Source: Paramecium tetraurelia (taxonomy: Eukaryota). Taken from it: a stretch of DNA of 64,000 nt. The stretch's first letter is position 1. Each line of letters begins with the position of its first letter. The notes under the pieces were generated by a model. That model had not been told where the DNA came from. It worked only from the letters and a program-made list of their open reading frames with translations, and made no database searches. The stretch is taken from NCBI GenBank assembly GCA_000165425.1, contig CT868463.1:248001-312000 (forward strand), written 5' to 3'. Positions 27,546 through 42,392 of the stretch are shown here, piece after piece. A program made the position numbers and the translations under genes.

Positions 27546-28930
27546 ATGCAGGATAATTACTGTTTCAGCTTAGGTAGTTCATCAGCTATTAGTGAAATAA
27601 AATCAGAAGTCTAAGACAATTATTCCGAAATAAGCAGAAGTTCAAGAAATTTCGAAAGTATTTCTTCCATTTCTGGAAAAAAAACAAATTCAATTAATAA
27701 TCTTTCCTTATCAGATTTAGATAATCAGCATAGAGATAAAATCTGTTTCCTAAGTCCTTTATAAGAATACATCTAAATAAACCCAAAAGAATCTTATGAT
27801 TTGTATTATGCCTCAAGTACTAATATTTAGGGGAAATTCGGAATTATTATTAAAAACCAAAATAAAGACCTAGTAACCATTAGTTAAGCATATCCAGATA
27901 AAACAATTAATGAATTAGAATTTTTGGCTACTATTCAAGGAATGAGATATTGCATCGATTTAGGAATAAAAATATTGAATGTGAAGGGAAATAGTCAAGT
28001 ATATTGACTTTATATGTTAGTTAGTTACAAAGCATAGAAGCTTTAATTTATAAGGTCAATTGGCAATCCTTAAGGAGGTAATACTTAAATATACTTAATT
28101 TTTCTATTAAATAAATTTTGTATAAATTCCAAAAGAAGTAAATAATTAAGCCAAATAATTATCAAGAGAGGAAAAGAATTTTGTAAAAGTTCTATAAGAT
28201 TAAAGCAAAATTTAAGATCTATCAGTCTCTATTGATCAAAATAAATTTCAACTTTCATCATAACGATCTTATTCTTAATAAAATATCAATAATTTATCTG
28301 CTATTCTACCATAAAAGCCACATTTAGATTAAATTTTACTTGAATATCCAGATATCTTCAGTGAATATAATAAATAATAGATCAAACCAATAAATTTACA
28401 ATAAAATAGAGATTATGCTTTAATTTTTGGGAAAGTTAATGATAACACAAATAAAGGAGCAAATTTTATGATAAAATAAGATTTAAATGAGATAATTGTT
28501 GGAACATTCTATTTTCCTTAACAAACCAATGCATTGCAAGAGATATCACTATTATATGGAATGAGGTTCTTACTAGAATGTTAGATTACTTATTTAAATT
28601 GTTTCACAAATGATGAAGTATAAATTAATAAAAGAATTTTAGACATTTTGTAAATTATTTGACAACGAAAACAATAAGTTAATGTAAAGTTAGATAAAGG
28701 AGTAGAAGTGCTTATATAGCATGAAATAATTATTCCAAAGAACATCGTGTAGAACAATAGAATCAGGTTAGTTGAAAGCACTTAAGGAACCCTATTAAAA
28801 TAAGCAATCCAGATTTTAAATTCTAGATGAATCCATCTAAATTTAAAATGGGTAAATTCCAAAATAATAATCGATAACGTTTTCAAAATTTTCATAAATA
28901 TACGGTTTTAATAATTAATTTAGAATATGA
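27546..28930 (+). CDS. Protein with two tandem degenerate RNase H-like (RNase HI/RVT_3) domains
   Basis: Domain 1: YDLYYASS..GKFGIIIK..TINELEFLATIQGMRYCIDLGIKILNVKGNSQ|LV..INFVQIPKEVNNQAKQLS. Domain 2 is similar (GMRFLLECQITYLNCFTNDE|). Introns 27999-28020 and 28618-28642. Confidence 0.7.
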
Positions 28931-29122
28931 ATTGATTAATGTAATAGGCAATCAGATATAATTATTAATATTTATAAAATGTAGCCAATACTGATCTTTC
29001 CATATTTATATTTAAATCCCAATTTTCTGAGATATTGTAATCACTACATTTTATAATGAATTTTATATACGATTATTCCCAAATAATAGTGGTTTGTGAT
29101 TACTTATTTAGTTTTAAAAACA

Positions 29123-31215
29123 ATGAATTTAAATCAAGAATAATAGATTGACTAAATGGATGTAATTGACATAAAATATATGTCCTTTGATGATTCTGGC
29201 ATAGACTACAACTATTTTAAGATTCCTCCTGATTTGGACAAAGCTTATTTACACAGAGTAATTCTCATAATTAACTTTAGTAAGCATTTACAGTTCACAA
29301 AATACCTCTTCCAAATTCTTAATAATGTCTTTGTTGCAATTTTTCAAAAGATCATATAAAGTACAATTTTTTTGAAGGCAGAAAATATTATCATCACCAT
29401 AGTTCACTAGGTGAATATTTTCAATTGATATAGTATTGCATTTATTAGCTATTGATTATGGGGTAATAGAAATAATTATGATTAGTATCTTTCTTGTCCC
29501 TTATAGTTCTATGATTTATAGTGATGGAAATTAATGTGAGTAAGTATCAGGTTGTGATCCTAATTCAAGTAAAGTTTATTCAGTATGGAATCTGATTCCT
29601 AAATACTACTCTCTAAATAATCCAAATTATAGTTATTTTGTACATTTAACCTATCTACTACTTTAAATAGTCCATTTTCTATTTTTTTATAATCGAAAAA
29701 CAACTAAAAGGATGTAAACTTCTGCTACCTTCGAGTATTTAAAATAGACCTGCCTTTATTTTCCTAAGACTATCCATTAAGATATAGTTGAATTCATGAA
29801 ATGTAAATAACGAAACCTTTTTGTATACATAGCGTTTGATTTAGAGAAATATGAAGATGCTTTATTTGAAAAGCTAAAGTTTGAATATTCCAAACAATAT
29901 GATAAGGAGTAATTTTAATTATTTATTTTTAGTGATAAATGGAAAAACAAAATCTTGATTAAATCATTTTATGATAATGCTCTGTTAGATGAATTTGTAA
30001 CTGGGAAGATTGTATTGATGAATCATTTAAGTTTATTCAAAACAGAGGTGTATTAGATTTGCCAAATGTATAATTAATAAGTTTAGGAGTATAAAAATTA
30101 AGACACTCAAAAGAAATATGTAGAAGCCTTGTGGTTTTTTTTCCTAAATTTGATATTGTCATATTATTTACCTAGAGTATTAATCACGATGACAATGTTT
30201 TTCAGGTTAAAATTATTAACAACTTACTTTCAGGGAGATGATCTTAAAATACTCTAAATCATTATAAAAGCCTCATTTGGTATTTCATAAATCCTAATAT
30301 TAAAATTAAGTGACTATCTTTGTAGAAATGGATCATCAATGGTGCATTAATCTGTAAATTCAATTATTATCCTTAGATGCAATTATTTGTGCTTATAGAT
30401 ATAGCTTTTTCGGGTCATTTTACAGAATGGACTGATTGCTTTGATCCATTTGACTATTCACAGAACTAAATGCTTCCGGATTGATGTTACAAAAAGAAGG
30501 ATTAGTCGATAATCAAATTACTATTTCTTACTTAAATATATTTATTCCAGCATTCACTTCTATTTTTGATATATCTTACTTATGGAGATTACTGAAATAT
30601 AAAAAAGAAAAACTAACCAATTTTAGAAATATAACATAAATAGAGGCAAATAAATTATTTGAAAAAAGAGAATTTTAAATTAATTCAAGAAGATTTACAA
30701 TTTACAAAATCTATTGTTTGTGTCTGTCTATTGGATTGTTTTATCCATTTATAGTTTTATCTTCAATTATCTCTTTGTTATTGATATACATAGTAGAAAA
30801 ATATTTATTTATTTAACATTCAGTACCTATTAGGGTAGGTAAATTATAGGAGGAATTACAATGTTACCTTTTCTTTGGTATCAACTTGTACCAAGCAAAT
30901 TTGATTATTCAATATTAAATGATAAGTGTCTCTAACATGAGAGACAATATTTTATCTATGACATGTTTGGTACTTACTTTCATTGTATATTTTAAATCTA
31001 TAAATGTTTATTTTATCAACTCATCTGTACCAAAATAAAATGGTTTGATCAAATTTTTAAAATAATTTACTGTAGTTTTTTAAAAAGGGGAAAGATATTA
31101 TTTACAAAGTGATGAAATGTATAAAATATTTATAAACTTGAAGAGTAGATTAAAAAAATTAGGTAAGGTTAAGAAAAGAAGTATAATTGTCGAAGATCAT
31201 TTTCAATTAGGATGA
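29123..31215 (+). CDS. Multi-TM OSCA/TMEM63 (CSC1)/TMC-like channel protein
   Basis: IPPDLDKAYLH..CLCC N-terminus, many TM segments, TQIEANKLFEKREF...FYP...YIVEKYLF late motif. Confidence 0.6.
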
Positions 31216-31421
31216 TCAATTTCATAGTTTTGTATTTAATGAAATTATTCATAAGTTATTTTAATTATCAAGTATTTAATTATCGAGAGATTAATGTACG
31301 ATTACCATTCTTATTTTTTAGACAAACTATCGTTGATTCCATTTAAATATCTAATTCTAATTAAAGTTTAAGAATGGCATACGTAGTATTTTATATATTT
31401 TATTTATTCATTAAATTTTTA

Positions 31422-32689
31422 ATGACTGATTTAATAAAACAATTAGATGGCATGTTCACAAGAGAACACCTAGAGAAAAATAAATACCTTCTAAAAAACT
31501 TGGACCCAAATTTGAATCTACCAATAGTGGCACTTCAAAAAGAATATTCACTAGCAAAGCATTCCATTGAAGAAATATTGGGCGTAAGATTAATTAAATA
31601 AAGAATAGGCTTTGAAGCAATGCAAAAATTGCAAATTGCATGAAGGATATGTGACTCTCTTGATACCTCCACACACTAAGAATATTATAATAAATGAAAT
31701 CAGTTAAACAAATGCAGATTTCAAAGCTTACTTGATTGAGAAATATCTGAAGAATATTGAGTGCGAAATTACATTTGAAGGTGGATGTTGTAGAGTGACT
31801 TTTAAGGATGATGAAGTTGGTTTGAAGTTTTTAGATTAAGCAGTGACTGATCCTAAAGATCCATTGAAGGCATATGTGGAACCAGAAAATGTGTATTAAT
31901 CCCTTACAAAGTCATTGGGATTCAACAACCAAGGATAATACTTGTACCAATACAGTAAAAGTATTTTAATAACCTAGATAATCAAATGTTCTAAAATCTA
32001 TACATAAGAAAAGCTTCAGATGATGCTCAAGTATAGAATCAACATGAAAAGACTGCAAAACCATACTATCCTCCAGTTCAATAATAGCAATCGAATCCAA
32101 GAAAGTAATCAGGTTAGGAACGCAAGGGAAGCGAATAAGTTGAGCATTAGGACAAAAAAACAAAGACTCCTACTTCAGGACCCAAAGAAATTTATGTTGA
32201 AAAATAATCACTAGAAAAATAAGAAAAAAATAGTGAGAAACCTCCTAAGGTCTAATAGAGCCCAGTATTTAATTTATAGTTATTTTAGTATGTTGAAAAA
32301 AAATCGACTTCAAGAAAGACTTCGGAGCAAATTCAACCTGCTAAACATAAGTATTTATAAATCATGCATAATCGATAGAGGAAGCAAAGACATCCAGGGA
32401 TCGCCAATCAGAAAAGCCACAGTTCAATACAAGAAGGAGAATTTAATTGAGATATTTAAATCGATTTAAGGAAACTTGAAAGCTAATCCAAAACTTTCAA
32501 AATTAAGCGAATAAGATAGAGCATTGTTATTAAGACAAAATGGTGAATTAACATTGGAGGCCATTCATCCAACACCATGTATTAGAAAGGAATCAGTAAG
32601 ACAATTTAATAAATACATAGTATGCTTCGCCTTAATAACATATAAAATAATCCCCTGCATAGATTCCCTAAAGGAAACCATAATAATGA
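31422..32689 (+). CDS. La-related RNA-binding protein (La motif plus RRM-like domain, LARP4-like)
   Basis: LIKQLDGMFTREHLEKNKYL..LPIVAL (La motif), followed by IIINEI...CRVTFKDDE (RRM-like) and a Q/P-rich tail. Confidence 0.6.
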
Positions 32690-32719
32690 TTATTAATAAT
32701 AAATATAAAAACGGATTAA

Positions 32720-33824
32720 ATGTCATAAAAGTCTCTATTAGTGTTGCTATTAGTAACAATTGCAATTGCTACAGAGAGTCCTGCTCTTTAGCAATTAAGA
32801 CATAAATTAGAATCGAATGAATATAATTCACAATTAGTTGATATGTTGGAATTGAGTGTTGCAGGTGGATAATTGGATCGTGTTTTTGAGTTGTTATAAA
32901 AAATGATTGATGATTTAACTGGATAAACTAATTCTGCAAATTTGGAACATGCTTCTAGAATGGCTGCATTTTAATCAAGCATAGAATAATTAGAGACAAA
33001 TTTAGCCTCATTATAAAATGAAGTTTAAACAACAAACAGAAAGATAGGAGAAATCACATAAGCTATTTCAACACTTACATCCACTAGTGTTTCCGTTAAG
33101 AAACAATTAGAAGCAATAAATTAAAGAGAAGAGTAAATTCGCGATAATAGAGCTAAGGAAATCTAATCTGTAGAAACCAAACAGACTGCTGCTCAAAAGG
33201 TTTTGGGAGCTTTAGAAGAAATTCATGATCGATTGGTCAAGGCTGTTCTTTCAAATTAAGGTTCATTTCTTGAAGAAACTGAAAAATAAGAAATAATAAA
33301 ATAAGTGAAATAAGAATTAGGACTTAATCATCCTATTGCCTTATTATTAGATTTATCTGTAAAGTAAATGTATCTGGATAATTAAGATTCGATGAAGTAA
33401 CAGCTAGAAAAGCTATTGAATTAATTGAATAAATAATTGCATCAATCAAAGATGGCTAGCAATTCAGAGAGCAAAATCAAACAGCTGCAGAACAAAATTT
33501 TAATTCATTAATTAATGAAGTGTCAATTTTAAGGGAAAAATTAGGATAAGATAATCAGAAGACTAGCAGCACTTTAAAGAATAGATAAAACGATTTGGTA
33601 TGCATAAATCACTTATTGACATATAGAAAATTGCATAGAGAAGGAATAAATAATTGTCTTTGAATTAGGAGAATACTTAATAATTATTAGAAACCACAAG
33701 AGTTCAAAAAGATTTATATGATTCAAATTTCAGATCCAATGCTAGTAAGAGAGAGGGACAATTGAATTCGTTAAAGACTGCCTTTTAAATTTTAAGAGAC
33801 AACGAATAAGCATTGAAAAAATGA
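32720..33824 (+). CDS. Trichocyst matrix protein (TMP) family precursor
   Basis: Signal peptide MSQKSLLVLLLVTIAIA, LVDMLEL..GGQLDRVFELLQKMIDDL, two coiled-coil halves separated by SFLEE/HPIALLL, ~345 aa. Confidence 0.75.
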
Positions 33825-33891
33825 TTAGATTTATTCACAACAAAAACACGATAATTTTAAATCATTGATATATATCCAAATTCTTTTAAAA

Positions 33892-34449
33892 TCAATCACT
33901 TGATGAGGAGGATTATTTTCTTTTTTTAGTTTTTTATTTCTTCTTCCTATCCCTTGAAGATGAGGAAGAAGACGAACTTGAAGAACTGGAGGGACTTCTC
34001 TTTTTATACTTCCTACTCTTTCTTTTGTGGCGTCTAATTAGTATTTAATATTTACCTTGAACTTGAACTTGAAGATCTTCTTTTTTATCTACAATTACGA
34101 GCACTAATTCATATCATCATATTATTTACAAATGGCCTATTCTGCCGCATTGATAGCATTCACCGTCTTTTTTTTTGGCTCGAGCTATCTCAACGACAAA
34201 AGTATTTCCATCTAAATCTTTTTAATTCATTTCATTCACTGCTTCTGTAGCTTCTTCAGCTTTTGAATAAGCCTAAAATAATAATATATGCTAAAATACA
34301 ATGAAACAAAAACGACCCTTCCATGAAAATTCACTAATTTCTCCATATTTGGAAAAAAGAGTCTTGATATCTTCCTCATTTTTATCTTTTGTTGAATATC
34401 CTGTTACAAATATCCGATTTTCTGTCTTGCTCTGATCACTCATTGACAT
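33892..34449 (-). CDS. SR splicing factor (RRM, CCHC knuckle, RS tail; SRSF7/9G8-like)
   Basis: RIFVTGY, FSKYGEI, GRFCFI|AYS, GECYQCGRIGH...C, RS/poly-S tail. Confidence 0.85.
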
Positions 34450-34499
34450 CCTTAAATTAATTAATTTATTTATTAATAATTAAATTTTATTTATACACA

Positions 34500-34735
34500 A
34501 TGGGTTAATGCTAAGTCCCTCAAATGCAATAAATTGAAGATGATTTTGCTGCTATTTAAAGAAATGCCGTCACTCTTAAAGCCGTCCCAGAAAAACTCAA
34601 CCAATTGGAGGCTTAAATAAATGGCATCAAAAGTACTGCTGAACAAGTATCAATTCGTTAATTACTCAAAAGCTCACTACCTCTGTCAATCATATTACGT
34701 AAACCCTCGAGAACATCAGAAAGAGTCTCCCGTGA
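34500..34735 (+). CDS. Small (~69 aa) MGxC-initiated coiled-coil protein
   Basis: MGQCQVPQMQQIEDDFAAIQRNAVTLKAVPEKLNQLEAQINGIKSTAEQ|LTTSVNHITQTLENIRKSLP*, with one tiny intron. Confidence 0.7.
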
Positions 34736-34777
34736 TACAATTTACAAAATGAATTATAATTACAGTTATTATGTTAT

Positions 34778-35825
34778 TCAATTAAATCCTTACGAGTCTT
34801 ACTTTAAAAAGTATGGTCCTTCATGTTGAATTAGCATTCCTCATAATTATTATCTTATATACTTCTAGAATAACCAAAGGAATTTGAATAATTCATGCTG
34901 TCAGCCCTTCTGAAAAACCCTTATCTGTTGTAAACTATGGGTGACTTTGCCAATCTGCTATTCTCATCAAATTATGAAATAGAATTCATCATCAATCTTT
35001 AATCTCCTTGTTCAACCTTTTCCACTTGATTTGAGCAATTATTGCATTGACAACTTTCAGAGCATTTCTGATTATTCTAAAAACAATCACAATAGCGTTT
35101 CAAGCATTTTGATTTTTTGCACTTGCAACTAATCCCAACTGGTACTTCTTTCTATTAATAATATATATATATATTAAAACTTCAATTGATTAATTTTGCA
35201 TTTTCAATTTATTGATTGCCTCTTCTCTCTCCTCTAAATAATCCTCAGTATTATGACATCCCTGACACTGACATTGTGTAGTACACATATTGCCATTTGC
35301 AAAACAATCACAATATTATTTTAAACACATTGATTTATTACACTTGCACTTTAAAGATTTAGGAATGTTTTACGATTATTACTAATCATTCATCATTTAA
35401 ATATAAGTATTGACATCCATTACATCATACAGTTTACCATCAGCACCCTATTTTAATCCATTTAATAAATTCAAAACTATTGGCTTATTCCTAGTTTTAT
35501 GAGCCTTAAAACCTGACATATTTAAAAGCAATTACCACTTTTCTCATTAGGATATGCTTTGGTAATTTATAATTTTTTAATGCCTTGATTGTAGCGAAAA
35601 TTCAGACTTGTAATCTTGTTATTAGATTCCTCATTTTCAATATTTACTTTTGTAATAACTGGTTCACCAATTTGCTCTTCTTACTTAGCTCTTGTTTCTA
35701 AATAATAAATAAATAATTTAAAATATAGATAAAATAGCTTAGTATGTCCATTAAATTATTTTATGTTTCATACCTGTTGGATTTTGTAAAGGTAAACTCT
35801 GTTTCTTTGAAGCTCTAGTATTCAT
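34778..35825 (-). CDS. Tesmin/TSO1/LIN54-like CXC-domain protein
   Basis: [33 protein letters not shown] and [33 protein letters not shown]. Both ends depend on unusual introns (see findings). Confidence 0.85.
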
Positions 35826-35869
35826 TAAATATTTTAATTATTTATATATCTAAGCATTCTTTAATAATA

Positions 35870-37330
35870 ATGTTCTAATCGAAATCTGTGAAGTTTATAA
35901 AATTATTGATTATTTCAATTTAGACTTAATTATAACTAGATTCTAAACTGTCTTATATTTATATTCAAATTAATATTAAAAATCACCGAAGAAGGAGGAA
36001 GCTATAAGAATTAACATAACATTTGCTTAGCAACTAAATTGTTTTAAAGTATGTTATTGGAATTTAGGATAAAGTTGGTTTTGAAAATCATCATTCAAAT
36101 TAAATCTTTATTATCAAATACAGAATACTTCATGGATAGAGAAAGTTAAAAAAAAAAGAGTTTGTAGAAAATAATATTTATATTATTATTATAATTTCAG
36201 ATGAGCATGAAAGACTTAATGTTATGTTATAAAAGTAATTCTTATAATGAAACTAATCAAGAGGGTTATAATTTATCAATTATTTTCTTATTATAATATT
36301 TATGATTAATAAGCTAAAAATATTCTAATATTTTGTTAACATTTGAATAATAATAATTCCGTTTGGAAAAAAGTGATTAAATAATTAATGTGGTCTGAAC
36401 ATCTAAACTCTTCATTTTATGACATCTAGAGTGGAGAATAAAGCGTTAAAAGAATATGAATGAGAAATTATGATTGAATGCCAATATGAATCTAATAATC
36501 AAAATGAAAAGAGGATTTTATCAATAAATTAATTTAGAGATATTATCTCAAATTAATTCTAATCGATAGTCTTTAATACTTTAATTGCATTGCCACAAGG
36601 AAATAATGTCTAAAATTATTATTTCCAATAAGAAAATTTTGAAGAGAAATATGTGAATATTTGGATTTCTAATATAAATAATAAATAAAACAATTATCAA
36701 ATAGACAAGAAGCCAACTAAATAAAAATCTAATTATGAAATTTTATATTTTGGAAGAAAAAAAGTAAATACTTTAAAAATACTTTGGTTTTTATAATGCA
36801 GGAAAGAGATGCGGAGTAGATTATAAATCTAAAAGTCGTATGTATTATAATATAAATTTAGATGAAAAGATCAAAGATTAAGTGAATTTTAATATAATAA
36901 TAAAGGAGAGTGTATTTATCATGAGTAGAATTTTGAATTCTTCACTTTATACATTATGATGCTTGATAATTTAACTAACTCTTCTACATATTAGGTTGAT
37001 AAGGAGTTTATTTAACCTTCACTGCAATCAATTAAAACATCAGAAATCTGTTAAATTTACTACATCGATAATACTTCTGGCAATTATTTATGCACCATAG
37101 TAAACCTTTATTATTGCTAATTTTGTTTTTGCAATTTATCTTAATTCTCTTTTGCAGCACTAAATAGAGTAGAACTTCTATGATGTTACAATGTTTTTTT
37201 CCTTTATACATCTGATATTTATTATTATTATGTCTAAAGTGTTTATTAAATAAAATTGGATTTCAGCACAGTGTTCCTTTATTGAGAATGAGGACGATGT
37301 TCAATTTAAGTCTTTAAATTGGTCTTGAAT
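35870..37330 (+). pseudogene. Heavily decayed gene, possibly an RBR/IBR E3 ligase
   Basis: Coding-like composition but many TGAs in all frames. Cys-rich remnants near 37080-37310 (YCQFCFC; CSFIE.. and GRCS, resembling RING2 IEKxGGCxH). Confidence 0.3.
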
Positions 37331-37519
37331 TTCTAAAACTAATCAAAAAGGTCCATCTTTTTTTGAATTTTAAATAATAAAAATGTTAAAAATTATCGAG
37401 ATTTTCAATATATAATTTAGAATCTAAATCATTACCTTATAAGAAACTTAATTTTTTGTAATAACTAATTAACTATCAATAGATATTTTTATATATGCTT
37501 ATGTGATCGTATTGCAAAA

Positions 37520-38144
37520 TCAATCAAATTTTGGGGTACGTCCAATGCTTCTTTGGTAATATTTAAGCATTCTTTAATCTTAGTCGTCCATCCATGAATC
37601 CAAACCGTTTTATTGATCCATACTATTATTCATTGCCTCTTCATAACTGATGAAATCAGCAAACTAATCAAAAGTCTTTGAACTATTAGTTTAATAAATG
37701 CATCATACCCAGATAAGAATGCAATCAAATCTTCCAAACTTCTATGTGGTCTTGAATAAGCCTCTAATCTATTCTTGAACAATATTTTATCAGCTTCAGC
37801 ATCCAATCTTTCCAATTCTTTTTCGCTTTCTACTTTTTTGGGTGCAACATATTTTGGATCGTAATAGTTTGATTTAACCCAAATGAATGAGCCAATCATA
37901 CCAGCAAAGAAAAAAAAGTTGAATCCTCTTAACTAAATTTCATATAAATATGTTAAATTACACAAGCTTCACTTCTTGCCATTCTAAATACAGTATCCTT
38001 CCATCTCAAAACTCCTTTGGTTTTGAACATACCAATATCATCTTAATTGAACAATATATTTGCCTTTCTAATTATGATATAACCATAAATGTACCTCCAT
38101 ACACGAAGATTCCAACTTTGTTTTGAAAAGTTTTTATACCACAT
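37520..38144 (-). CDS. Ciliate mitochondrial ATP synthase subunit (subunit k-like)
   Basis: MWYKNFSKQSWNLRVWR|KANILFNQDD...ADKILFKNRL..RPHRSLEDLIAFLSG|SKTFDQFAD..GLDSWM..YYQRSIG. Closely resembles my recollection of the Tetrahymena type III ATP synthase subunit k. Confidence 0.7.
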
Positions 38145-38708
38145 TCCAAAATAAATAATATTTTATTAATTAATGAATCACTGGATTTGTTTCTATGCAA
38201 ATTACATTCGTATAATAAACAAATAGGATGACTAGAAAATAATTATTGTGTAATACTTTTTATACAATCCCATTCTACATGAATATTATAGATAGTAATA
38301 AAATAATAAATAATTTTTATACATTAAATTTTAGATATCTATTTAATGGAAATACATTAACTGAAAAATTTTGAGAAAAATAACTTCAAATACAAATGAA
38401 AGTAAGATAATATAAATAAGGGTAATAAAAATATATCAATTTATTTAATCATACTAAATAGAAATTGTTATGAATAATGTTTTTATTAAGGAATACTCTT
38501 TGATTGATTTAATTGATTTAAATTCTCATGAATAATCCAGGATAATTGATCATTAAACGATTACCTAATAATAAATTTTATTAACTTATTCAATTTCTGT
38601 TTATTGCATTTTTATAAAATGTAAATAAAAATTATGATCATTTGTCATTGCCCATCTTCAACTTTTATATTCTGATGGTTTGATTAATTAAAATAATTAA
38701 TTTATTTA

Positions 38709-40326
<1,618 letters not shown>

Positions 40327-40355
40327 TTTAAATATATAATTCATATTTTATTTAA

Positions 40356-42392
40356 TCACTATTTATTTATAATTTCATAAACTAACAATTCTTTATTTAT
40401 TTCATTAGCTATTAGAACTACAGTATTTTATGAGCTGGAAGGCATTTAAACCAATTAAAGTTTAGATCTGATCATATTCTCAGATAAAGATAAAGCAACT
40501 TCGATCTTCTATTCATTTTAAGCCCATCCCATATCGTTATTCTACAATCTCCAAAATCTTAGTGATTTGCTTGATTATAAGTAAGTTATCACAGAAATTG
40601 TTTCTATTGATATTATTTTCAATACCTTTATTAGCATCTTCTGCAATAATAAAATCACAGATCGAATTGGTATTTTTTTGAATATCTGATTCTAAAATGA
40701 CACATTGATTCATCAAATTGACTATCTTTAATGACCCTTTAATTATTATGTAATATTACCTTCTAGATTTCCAACTAACAGTAAATTTGGATTCGATTAA
40801 AACTAATTAATTATTTAAATTTGACCAAGCATATTTCCACATTGAATAATAGATTCGCAATAAGTATTTTCAAAGGATTACTAATTGTATAACATTTTCC
40901 AAATAGATAAAGTTTAATCATAAGAACTACAAATAAACTTATCATGTTTTTTCAATAATAAAATAGATGATATCTATTTCTAATGTTTTCCCTTAATTCC
41001 ATTCTATTATAATTTAGATTACTAAAAGTTGTAAACTTCCACTGTCCCAACTGAGTCTCCAACAACAATACAAGAATTATCTTGTAAATAGCAACTCTAA
41101 GTAATTTAATTATTAAATAGGTATTTATGATAAATATGTGGGACTATCATTTAAGTATTAGTAAAATCGAAAGCCCAAACCACTAACAACTCATTAGATA
41201 ATGTGAATAAATATGTTTAGGATTTTTAATTATTATGTTATTACAATGGAGCAACTGTATCTATCGATTTATGTATTTGAATGATTGGAGTCGTATGAGT
41301 AGACAATGTATGAATGCGTTTTTATATCGTATCAAAAACTCTTAAATGTGGATCATTGCTACATGTCATCGCAATTACCTATGGAGTTACAACTTCAATT
41401 GCTGAAACACAAAAGTCTAATTAATATTTCTTTAATGGCTTCAAAGTAAAATCACTACATTACCCTACTATAGTTTTAGAATGTAAAGCTATGCTATTTT
41501 AGGGAGAAAATGTTAATTTTTGATTTAAACGCGGGGATTTAGTTGTATTTTAATTGCTGTTGTAATTGTTAGTCATATTTTCAGTTGGTAAAGAATATTG
41601 TTTATGTAGATTTTTTGGTTAGTATTTAATGGGGGAAACTATCTTTCTAGGTAATGTAATGTTTAATTTGGTTTTAAAGTGGTTGTGTATCTAATCTGCC
41701 AATTAATTTACAAAACTATCTATGCCATCTTAAAATGCAAACACTGGGAGGTTATAAGTCATTTCAGTTATTGAATCTGCACACTACTTAATATTTTCTA
41801 TTGGATCATAGGGTTTGTTTATTAATTTTCTGATTTAAGTTATCAATTCTTAAGCTTCTTTTGGATTGGATTACTATAGTTTTAATATAAGGTTATGCAC
41901 ATTGCTATAAGGATTACATTACTTCTATAAAATATATGAGTCATCCATAATTAGTTTACAAATTTTAAATTGTTCTTTATATTTTGTATAAAAGTCTTCT
42001 ATATCTTATTCTAATTATGCTTGTGCTTAATTGCATTTTTCCACAAAAAGATCCTTTAGATAATTAAAATCTTCATTTATCAAGGCTTTTTAGGCTTTAC
42101 AATGCTCGTCTACTTTTTTAAGATGCATTTCATTATCTTCACACCATTTTAAAACAGAATCTATTTAATTGATGTCTCTTATCTATTTTAAGGTTTTTGA
42201 GCCTTCTTGAATAGTCTTTGCAACTTTTTAAAGCCATTCAGATATTTGAACTATATTTGAATAATGATCACTATGGGAATCTGGACACATTTGACAAATC
42301 AAAGGTGAGCGATTGCAATTAGGATTAATACATCCTGTTACTATTAATTCTCTTCTATGAATTGGACATTTTATTGAAATATTTTATTCCAT
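40356..42392 (-). CDS. Protein with an N-terminal Cys/His finger, coiled coil and C-terminal WD40-like propeller
   Basis: MEQNISIKCPIHRRE..CINPNC..LICQMCPDSH; C-terminal WD-like repeats (CSNDPHLRVFD, GDSVGTVEVY, CSYDQTLSIW, KSLRFW). Confidence 0.7.

Noticed and set aside
27546..28930. RNase H-like gene as part of a retrotransposon
   Set aside because: No RT, integrase, LTR or TSD is present; the gene has introns and ordinary flanking genes.
24403..35825. 3R-Myb and LIN54-like CXC genes as a DREAM-complex cluster
   Set aside because: They are about 9 kb apart with unrelated genes between, and both families are expanded in ciliates.
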